Virus record (IMG/VR): IMGVR_UViG_3300049048_000052
Span: 1 to 64,000 of that record
Direction: 5' to 3' (one strand)
DNA length: 64,000 bases
Made by a program: the position numbers and the translations under genes. Positions 56,756 to 64,000 of this stretch are shown in pieces (the first letter of the stretch is position 1; each line of letters begins with the position of its first letter). Under the pieces are notes generated by a model. It ran no database searches. It was not told the origin of the DNA and saw only the letters and a list, made by a program, of their open reading frames with translations.

Positions 56756-57475
56756 ATGAACGAGATACCATTGGGTACGGATGCTAAGGGGGTGTATTAC
56801 TGGTTAGTTCAGACTAAACAGGGTGTTAAGGTTATGGCTAGAGACCGTAAGGGTAATGTGAAGGGGGCTGAGCATGTGCCCACTGAGTTACTCAGTGGAG
56901 GCTTAAGGCTACAGGATCTAACTACTAGGGCACAAACTCTGTGTGACTCTCTCTATGAGAGTGACGACTTCTATAGCATGGCCAAGGAGGTCCTAAAACT
57001 AGATACAGCAATCCGTGCTGAGCTAGGGTTAGATCGTGCACCTAATATCAGGGATACCTATAAAGCGGCCCTTGAGAAGGTACGAACTGTAGCCATGCAC
57101 CTTCTGGGTATTGCTATCACTAAGGGTATTGCTAATGAGACGGGCTGCGGGGATATGGAGAAGATGCTGAGGTGTCATAAGAGTCTATTGGCACTCACAG
57201 ATAATCTAAAGGGCTTCTCTCCTCCCTTAGACCCAGATTTGATTCAAAAGTATCTGGCATTCTTATCCGGTATTCGGGATAAGATTATCGACTGGGTTGA
57301 CATACCTCTGTCCCCAGATGAGAAAGTACAGATAAGGGAGATACTGAAGCAGTACATCAGACTGGTAGGTGTCCTTGCCCAAAGGAACAATGCGGTGAAT
57401 CAACACCAGGTTGAGTACCGTTGGGTTAAGGAATACATAGAGAACGGTGGGGATATTAACCAGATCCCCTTGTAA
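56756..57475 (+). CDS. Hypothetical helical protein
   Basis: GGGAG SD. Confidence 0.6.
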   Translation: MNEIPLGTDAKGVYYWLVQTKQGVKVMARDRKGNVKGAEHVPTELLSGGLRLQDLTTRAQTLCDSLYESDDFYSMAKEVLKLDTAIRAELGLDRAPNIRDTYKAALEKVRTVAMHLLGIAITKGIANETGCGDMEKMLRCHKSLLALTDNLKGFSPPLDPDLIQKYLAFLSGIRDKIIDWVDIPLSPDEKVQIREILKQYIRLVGVLAQRNNAVNQHQVEYRWVKEYIENGGDINQIPL

Positions 57476-57587
57476 TCAGAATAGTGGAGCTTTAAGGAGC
57501 CCTTGGTATGAGAAGTGATGCTCTTATACCATAAAGTGAGTAGAAGGGTTTAGCATCAACTCTTCTTCTACCTCTTAATGAGGTATA

Positions 57588-57661
57588 GCTATAGTGGTGT
57601 TTGGAGAACACATGGGTCCGAATGTGGACTCAGGAAGCGGGTGCGACTCCCGTCTATGGTT
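57588..57661 (+). tRNA. tRNA-like gene with 7-bp anticodon stem and 6-nt loop
   Basis: GCTATAG/CTATGGT acceptor, TGGGTCC-GAATGT-GGACTCA, GCGGG-TGCGACT-CCCGT. Confidence 0.55.
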
Positions 57662-57751
57662 ATTGACCCAAACGTACCCTCCTAGGACTAAAGGCCAGGG
57701 TCCCTTCGGGGACCTAATATTTATCTGTGGTTTAATTGATTAAGGGAGTTA

Positions 57752-57946
57752 GTGATGGCACTAGATAAGATTGCTGAGGCTGAGAGTCTATTAGCACGGG
57801 CTAATGAATTGCAGGTACATGCTAATGCTTTACCTGATAGAGTGAGAAACCTGAAGGCGCATGCTTTAAAGATTCTAGAGACGGAGTATGTAGCTCTGGG
57901 TTTACAGATTGAAGCTCTGAGAAAGCAGTTGGGTAAGGATGGGTAA
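57752..57946 (+). CDS. Small coiled-coil protein
   Basis: GGGAG SD. Confidence 0.55.
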   Translation: MMALDKIAEAESLLARANELQVHANALPDRVRNLKAHALKILETEYVALGLQIEALRKQLGKDG

Positions 57947-57970
57947 CACCGTTCTAACTGATTGATACAA

Positions 57971-58043
57971 CCAAGGTTGGCCGAGCGGTTGAGGCAGCAA
58001 ACTCATAATTTGCCCTAGGCAGGTTCAACTCCTGCACCTTGGA
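57971..58043 (+). tRNA. tRNA-CAU (Ile2 or Met), canonical
   Basis: CCAAGGT/ACCTTGG, GCAAA-CTCATAA-TTTGC, GCAGG-TTCAACT-CCTGC; no encoded CCA. Confidence 0.92.
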
Positions 58044-58071
58044 TTCATTGATTGTCTAGTAAGGTAGATAA

Positions 58072-58464
58072 ATGGATACGAATGAGTTAAGGGTGGGCCT
58101 CATTGGGGCCCTTAATAGGTTAAATAAGCAGGAACTATATAGAAGGTTAGCTATCTTCTATGGCGTTTTTGTAAGAACAGCAGAGGATATGAGAGGGGCC
58201 TATCTAGCGGTCTCTGAGATTGAGGAGATGGCCTATAGTATCAATGATCCTACCTTAGGAATCATGGTACTAATAGGTATCATGGATGGCACTATGCCCA
58301 TACCAAGCTACATGAAGGATAACAAGGATGCCCTATTAGAGGGTATTGTCTATATCGTATATGGGGACCCTCTATATGAGGCATTAGTCCCTGAGGACGA
58401 CAGAGAGAGAGCCAAGATTAAATCTATGGAGCTCTTCATGGATGACATGAATGCTAAGCTATAG
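58072..58464 (+). CDS. Hypothetical protein
   Basis: ORF track. Confidence 0.6.
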   Translation: MDTNELRVGLIGALNRLNKQELYRRLAIFYGVFVRTAEDMRGAYLAVSEIEEMAYSINDPTLGIMVLIGIMDGTMPIPSYMKDNKDALLEGIVYIVYGDPLYEALVPEDDRERAKIKSMELFMDDMNAKL

Positions 58465-58580
58465 CACATTATACTAAAGTCTTATTTCTTATTTATATAC
58501 ATTGGTTCGATTGGTTGGTTATATATATAGTTAATTAATATACAAACTACTAGTAATGCAGCACTTTAGGGATAAAGGAA

Positions 58581-59153
58581 ATGAAAGGACGCTGGTTACT
58601 GGGCTCGTGTGTCTTACTGGGGTTACTATGGGCTAGTCCTAAACCCCAGGCAAAGACATTGAAGGATTACTGTGGTCCTAAGAATGGGGCCTATCTGGTC
58701 AAGGGTGAAGTACGAGAGGTTAAGGTAGGTAGCAGTAATAGGGCACAGGTTACGGTCGTTAACAAGGATCAGACCAGGTGCCCTATTACTGTGTTCCTGA
58801 GGATAGATGATGTTAAGTTCAGGGTTGGTGATGTAGTCCAATTCCAAGTGGATAAGTCTGGCCTTAACTGGACTAACATAAGGGGCCTCAAGGTTAATCC
58901 TGTAGGTGGTACCGGGCTAGATGGTAAGGATAGCGGTAATTGGCTTACCTCCCGTATGAGTACTAGGGACCTAGTTGATTCCTTGGATCCTGAGTACTAT
59001 ATGGTGGATATGACCTGGGATGCCTATGGCTACCGTTACACCACCTTACTTATACCTAAGGGCATGGCATGGAAGATGGAGAAGGAGGCAGTCTATAAAC
59101 TCTACTTTGGTGGAGATAAGATTGTCACTACTATTGAGAAGGAGGGGAGCTAA
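58581..59153 (+). CDS. Signal-peptide protein with OB-fold-like beta core
   Basis: MKGRWLLGSCVLLGLLWA leader; coupled (TAATG) to the next gene. Confidence 0.6.
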   Translation: MKGRWLLGSCVLLGLLWASPKPQAKTLKDYCGPKNGAYLVKGEVREVKVGSSNRAQVTVVNKDQTRCPITVFLRIDDVKFRVGDVVQFQVDKSGLNWTNIRGLKVNPVGGTGLDGKDSGNWLTSRMSTRDLVDSLDPEYYMVDMTWDAYGYRYTTLLIPKGMAWKMEKEAVYKLYFGGDKIVTTIEKEGS

Positions 59154-60334
59154 TGTTTACTATTGGTTTATTAGTAGGGGCGGCCATGGGTGTTATCCAT
59201 GGTTACTTCCCTACTATTGGTGTTACCTTTACCCTAGTAGGTCTCTACATTGGTACCATGAATCTAGATATGGGTCTAGGTTACCTGGTAGCTGAGAGTA
59301 CAGTCTCTGGTATTGGGAAGGTAATTGGAGAAGGAGTGGGTGGCCTCAATGCTGTCCATAATCCATACTTTGCTAGTAGGGGACTCCAAGGTTCACTAGA
59401 GCAAAGAGTAGAGGGTGCCAAGGATGGTCTCTATCAGTACATGATTAGTAAGGGTGTTGCCGTAATGGGTGGTATCGGGCTTGTCATGTTTGGTCTACCT
59501 TATATGACAGTAAAACCAGGGGAGGCCATTGTGCTCTGCTCAGGTGGTGTAGGAGTACTCCTCATTAGCTGGCTAGTCTTCACGGTTAAGGATAAGCTGG
59601 CCTTCTTTGTAATCGTAGGTAGTACGGTGGGTGCCGCCATTATCACTATTAAGGCTGGTGGTATTGCCCCTATGTATTCCTTATTCACTGCCATCTTTAG
59701 TATTGGTGGCCTCCTAGTAGATAGGAGTAAGACAATAGTAAAGGGTAAGAAGTGGGTTATGGTTACTAAGGAGAAGGAGCCCCTTGATGCTAGTTGGGCT
59801 ATGTTCGCTGGCGCCTGTTCTGCATTCCTCATTGGTATACCCAATACTATTATGCTGAGCCTTAGTGCTACTGATGAAGTAGCTAAGACAGAGAGGACAC
59901 TCTATGTTGAGGGCTGTATTAGTGCGGGGGTAAGTGAGGGTATGGGCCTCGTACTCTTCTTAGTAGCATTTGGTAGTAGAGATGCACTCTCTTCTACTAT
60001 GAGTCTACTAGTGGACGGTCTTGATGTTGGTCAGAGTCTGGTAATTCTGGCTGCCTCATTGATCCTCATGTGGTTCACCTTCATGAACCTAAGTGAGAAA
60101 TGGATATACCATCATCTACTAGGTAAGATGACAGGTGAGAATAAGTGGGTCAAGAGGATAAGCATAGCGGTAAGCTTTGCCACTATGGTCCTCATCAGTG
60201 GTCCCTGGCTTAGCATACTATTGGTAATCATGGGTGTATTCCTACAGAAGGCGGTGATACGTCACTATGTACCTGAGGAGACTATCCTTGCTATGCTCTG
60301 TGTCCTACCCTTCATTCTATTCTGGATGGGGTAA
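59153..60334 (+). CDS. Multi-pass membrane protein (possibly TctA/DUF112-like)
   Basis: Roughly ten hydrophobic segments; GAAMGVIHGYFPTIG and FLIGIP resemble TctA GxxPG loops (weak). Confidence 0.55.
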   Translation: MFTIGLLVGAAMGVIHGYFPTIGVTFTLVGLYIGTMNLDMGLGYLVAESTVSGIGKVIGEGVGGLNAVHNPYFASRGLQGSLEQRVEGAKDGLYQYMISKGVAVMGGIGLVMFGLPYMTVKPGEAIVLCSGGVGVLLISWLVFTVKDKLAFFVIVGSTVGAAIITIKAGGIAPMYSLFTAIFSIGGLLVDRSKTIVKGKKWVMVTKEKEPLDASWAMFAGACSAFLIGIPNTIMLSLSATDEVAKTERTLYVEGCISAGVSEGMGLVLFLVAFGSRDALSSTMSLLVDGLDVGQSLVILAASLILMWFTFMNLSEKWIYHHLLGKMTGENKWVKRISIAVSFATMVLISGPWLSILLVIMGVFLQKAVIRHYVPEETILAMLCVLPFILFWMG

Positions 60335-61100
60335 TTTGGTAGTACATCTGCTCTATCTGGAGACTAACAATAGTAACTTTGGTAGTACATTTGTACAATG
60401 TGGAGACAACTATTTGTTTAACAGGGGGAACCCTGTTTTATTTGAAAGGGGGTTTTAATAGGACAGCATATACTCAGACAGCCCCAGGGATCCCTAGGAT
60501 TCCTTTTATTAGATAGACAGCATACTTTTAAACACATAGGACAGCATACAGTATATAAGGGTATACTTTTGGACCCATACGAAGACAAGGGTTGTACAAA
60601 AGGGGGACCAAGGGGTTTACATTTGTTTACAAAAGGAGTCCTTTTGGCCAATTATTAAGGAAATATTAAATGCTCTGAATTGGCCCTAAAATGAGCTACA
60701 ACGAACGAAGGGTATTCCACGTATGATTCCTCATACATAGGGTATACAAAGGTGTTCCAAGGGCAAACAAGGCCTCCAAACAGGTGACCAAAAAGGAGCC
60801 TTTTGGGGCTCTTTTTTCACATTATAGATATGGACTTCCATTTCTTACACTCTCATATACGAAGGGGAATCCTTATGTATACAGGGGGGGGCATACATAT
60901 ATACGTACCTCTTATAATTAATTAGTAAGTAAGACAGTAGGGCTTAAGCTGAGCAAGGATAATCCTTACCCCATACTTACTAAGGCATGATTAATAATTA
61001 TCTTAACTACTTAATAGGGGCGGCCCTACTATGGATGTTAGCCTCATTATTCGTCATCATCTTTTTATTGATTGGTCTTGACTTATCAAATTAAACAAGG
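60335..61100. repeat. Non-coding region with direct repeats (possible origin or packaging/terminus region)
   Basis: TTTGGTAGTACAT at 60335 and 60378; GACAGCATA at 60462, 60516, 60540; several inverted repeats. Confidence 0.5.
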
Positions 61101-61103
61101 ACT

Positions 61104-61781
61104 GTGAGTTCAATGACTGCATGTATATTGTATGGACGGCAAGTATCTAGAATTATATGTGTACAAGAGATAGAGAGTAGGGCGGCCCGTGAGGGGGTTC
61201 CTGCTTCCTCTTTGCTTCCTCGGTTTGGCAGTATTCACTTCATTGTGAACTACGTACAAATTGGGGGCACCATATATAGTCTAGACAAGTTTAGTGGTGC
61301 GCCTTTAGCCTCCCAACTAAGAGGCGAGAGCATCAGTTCTGAGCGTCTTATCCTAGAGGTATCTACCATTATAGATACGGATAAGGTTACTGTCCGAGGA
61401 CTTAAGTCCTATAATGTTGACACCTGTCCTCTTATTGAGGCGCACCAACATATCAATGGTCTTAACTCTAATGGGACTCTATATGCCCTTACCTTATCTG
61501 AGATGCCTATTCTACGTAGGGGTCATATCAGCAAGGTAGTGAGCCAGGTGAATGATGAAACTAATAAGAGGGAGCGTATCCTTTCTTATTTCATTAAGAC
61601 CATAGCTGATAATGTAAGTGTAGAGGCCATGGATGGGGCCGATGAGTTAGATATCAGCCAAAGTGTTAAAGAAGGTTATATACCTTCTAGGGTGGTGCGC
61701 CTTCTTGCTTCTCCTTTCTCTCGTCTATTAGATGAGGTAACTGGGGAGACAACAAAGTCTATATCTTTAACTTCTAACTAA
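61104..61781 (+). CDS. Hypothetical protein
   Basis: ORF track. Confidence 0.55.
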   Translation: MSSMTACILYGRQVSRIICVQEIESRAAREGVPASSLLPRFGSIHFIVNYVQIGGTIYSLDKFSGAPLASQLRGESISSERLILEVSTIIDTDKVTVRGLKSYNVDTCPLIEAHQHINGLNSNGTLYALTLSEMPILRRGHISKVVSQVNDETNKRERILSYFIKTIADNVSVEAMDGADELDISQSVKEGYIPSRVVRLLASPFSRLLDEVTGETTKSISLTSN

Positions 61782-61842
61782 TTTCATAAGTCAATATTCT
61801 CTATGTAATATGGGGGCGCCCTTGGCCCCCTTGAGGTAATCA

Positions 61843-62193
61843 ATGGACATAATGAGAGCAGTCTCTCAAATGGTTAAAGTAGATGACATAACCAGAGTAA
61901 TGAGACTGAATGGCTACAAGGACTATGAAATAATGCGCTACCTAATAGTAGATAGGGGGCTCCTTAGGGGGTCCTATGGTCTAATAGAGGGTAGCATATA
62001 CCACTACTACCTATCAGATAGGGAGCCTGAATTCATCTACATAGTAAATGAGAAGAACAAGAGTAGCGTTGGTCTACATATACCTACGCTATCTAGAATC
62101 ATGGGTTCCTTATCTGAATTCTATTGCTTAGATTACATGGAATCTTCCATAGAACCACTACTAAAAAGGTGGCAAGCAATGATCAAAAAGTAG
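61843..62193 (+). CDS. Hypothetical protein
   Basis: GAGG SD. Confidence 0.6.
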   Translation: MDIMRAVSQMVKVDDITRVMRLNGYKDYEIMRYLIVDRGLLRGSYGLIEGSIYHYYLSDREPEFIYIVNEKNKSSVGLHIPTLSRIMGSLSEFYCLDYMESSIEPLLKRWQAMIKK

Positions 62194-62243
62194 AATTGCA
62201 GGGTTGGACATTAGGGTTGCATTAAATAGGCACAGAATGACAT

Positions 62244-62534
62244 ATGAAATGGCGGCAGGATAGGGAGGGTGAGTGGAGGGCAGACCTAATGTCTGGTACT
62301 CTAAGTCAGATCCTACAATGTAAATCTATTACCATTAAAGTAAGGAGAAAGTCTCCCTTATTACATGGGACAGCATATTGGGTTGGTCTGTATGCTCATG
62401 AGCTTATATATGGTTATGAGTATATAGATGGCAATGATATGAATGCTAGGGTTACTGCGGTGGACCTTGTTAGACGTTATGTTAAACACTTGCTCACTAG
62501 TGTTGAGCAACTAATATCTGTAGTAGAGGATTAA
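62244..62534 (+). CDS. Hypothetical protein
   Basis: ORF track. Confidence 0.55.
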   Translation: MKWRQDREGEWRADLMSGTLSQILQCKSITIKVRRKSPLLHGTAYWVGLYAHELIYGYEYIDGNDMNARVTAVDLVRRYVKHLLTSVEQLISVVED

Positions 62535-62576
62535 ACAAGGGGCCAATAGGCCCCACTCAAAACAAAGGAGGGAGTT

Positions 62577-63338
62577 ATGAGTGACTTCGGTATAGGGCCA
62601 GCTAGCCTTATAAAGGATGTCGATTGGTGCAAGAATATACTGGCTATGCCAGGGATAGACTTTGATCTATGGGCCAAGTGGAACGGGGCGGAGGCATCAA
62701 TAGATGGCCAAGGTAGAACAGTAACCACTGAGAGTTATATGCCTACTCTAACCGTCAAGACCTCGCCCTTTAGTATTGCCTATGAGGCCCATCCTAACCA
62801 TTACCGGAAGCTGAACGTACTATCTGTGACCAGTGAGGTTATAGGTCTAGTAGATTATCAGCTACAGCCGAGGGGCGGTATTGAGAAAAAGTATAAGAGG
62901 AGTAAAGTTTACTACCTTATCACACCAGCTGGTGTCATTGCTTACTTGTTATGTTTACCAGGCCCTAAGGGAGATACTCTAAGGAGTATGCTTAGCCCTA
63001 AGGGTAATCTTACCTCTGATGAGAGGTGGGAGTTATTGGGTATAAGTGCGGAGCCTCCAGTTGTGAGGACTACGCCTAAGAAAGAGAAGCCGACACAGGC
63101 TAAGGCTGCATTAGTTGAGACCGCACCCCTTAAACCTCACAGTAATCCTATTATCGCAGGGTTAATGGCGGAGAGACAAAGGATCGTTGAGTTGGAAGCA
63201 GGTCTGAATCATCAGGTTGGTTTATTAGAGGACAGACTGACCCTATTAAAGAGTCAGGTTGCCCATGCAGCAGAGAAGAAAGAGGCCTTAGATAATCAAA
63301 TAACTGAGGCACTCATAATGTTGGGTGAGCTTACTTAG
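62577..63338 (+). CDS. Antirepressor/Bro-like DNA-binding protein with C-terminal coiled coil
   Basis: YYLITPAGVIAYLLCLPGPKGDTLR resembles the Bro-N/Ant terminal helix pattern. Confidence 0.45.
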   Translation: MSDFGIGPASLIKDVDWCKNILAMPGIDFDLWAKWNGAEASIDGQGRTVTTESYMPTLTVKTSPFSIAYEAHPNHYRKLNVLSVTSEVIGLVDYQLQPRGGIEKKYKRSKVYYLITPAGVIAYLLCLPGPKGDTLRSMLSPKGNLTSDERWELLGISAEPPVVRTTPKKEKPTQAKAALVETAPLKPHSNPIIAGLMAERQRIVELEAGLNHQVGLLEDRLTLLKSQVAHAAEKKEALDNQITEALIMLGELT

Positions 63339-63532
63339 GTAAGATGGGGTATCCACTACTGGTTACACCCTTAATCTTAGGGATGCCAGGTGTAGTCCTA
63401 GCAGGATCCCCCTTCTTACCTTTATTGCTCTTACGGGGCATGCCCGAGTAACCACCTATGTATGACATGACGACTTATTAATGTAGATATCGTCTACACA
63501 CTAACACACCTAGGAAGGGAAGGAATAGGATC

Positions 63533-64000
63533 ATGAACGCAGTAAGAAATCCTCTGTCAGAGATCATCAAGAATCAACAGAGCTGCATGCAGATGTTGGC
63601 AGCCATTAACTTCACCGCATGGGTGGGGTGGGATGGTAAGAAGGTAGTAACTATGCGGGAGGCAGAGGCGGTCACCAGTGGCACCTACCTCAATGTGTTG
63701 GCAGAAATAAAGATGCCCTCTGTCTACACTAGGAAGACCATTGCCTACTATGCAAATCACTATAAGGAAGTGGGTCTGATCTATGTGAACCTAGAGGTAG
63801 CTAAGCAGGTCTATAATCAGACCAAGCCCAAAGATGCTGAGGCTAGACCGCTTCGGTCTGACCACAACCATTTCATTCTGAGGCCCTCGGCCCTAATAGC
63901 CTTTATGCTATCGGCGCCGGGTAGTAAGGCTGATGCACTCAGAAAGTCCTTGGGTATCGCAGAGAAACTAGAGTCTGCAGATAAGTGGGATATGTTGGGG
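63533..64000 (+). CDS. Paralogue of 62577 (truncated by window end)
   Basis: NHYKEVGLIYV..FILRPSALIAFMLSAPGSKADALR..DKWDMLG aligns with NHYRKLNVLSV..YLITPAGVIAYLLCLPGPKGDTLR..ERWELLG. Confidence 0.7.
   Translation, partial: MNAVRNPLSEIIKNQQSCMQMLAAINFTAWVGWDGKKVVTMREAEAVTSGTYLNVLAEIKMPSVYTRKTIAYYANHYKEVGLIYVNLEVAKQVYNQTKPKDAEARPLRSDHNHFILRPSALIAFMLSAPGSKADALRKSLGIAEKLESADKWDMLG

Noticed and set aside
57527-57661. tmRNA (3' end resembles GGACGCGGGTTCGACTCCCGCC)
   Set aside because: No GGGG 5' end, no G.U alanine identity pair and no tag-coding region; a simple tRNA-like fold explains it.
1-64000. Genome-wide TAG recoding suggested by the CUA tRNA
   Set aside because: ORFs of 1613 and 3717 aa are open in the standard code and TAG ends many genes at operon junctions.

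Overview
A 64-kb segment of a large contractile-tailed (myovirus-type) phage, probably of cyanobacteria (a cyanobacterial-type LabA/NYN gene and a cyanobacterial-looking tRNA-CAU; inference). Positions 1-30.8 kb are a mostly minus-strand virion module: tail tube split by a 238-nt group I intron, an antisense free-standing LAGLIDADG endonuclease, sheath, neck, lambda-E-type capsid, Mu-like protease and portal, Dps, HNH, a tail chaperone with a -1 frameshift, and PAAR/baseplate genes. Inside it lies a plus-strand 3717-aa gene with two PLD (HKD) motifs and an RNA-polymerase RxP..DFDGD centre, a candidate virion RNAP. Positions 31.2-64 kb are a plus-strand early/middle region. It has small genes separated by a repeated hairpin + CCTAGG + SD module, a protein kinase, a second single-chain two-barrel RNAP (1613 aa, NEGDGDGDPMAIF) flanked by proteins sharing an acidic '-MM' tail, one canonical and six atypical tRNA-like genes (one with a CUA anticodon), at least three unannotated structured RNAs, a membrane-protein pair and a repeat-rich non-coding region. 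All calls come from reading the sequence and ORF track by eye; no searches or folding programs were run.
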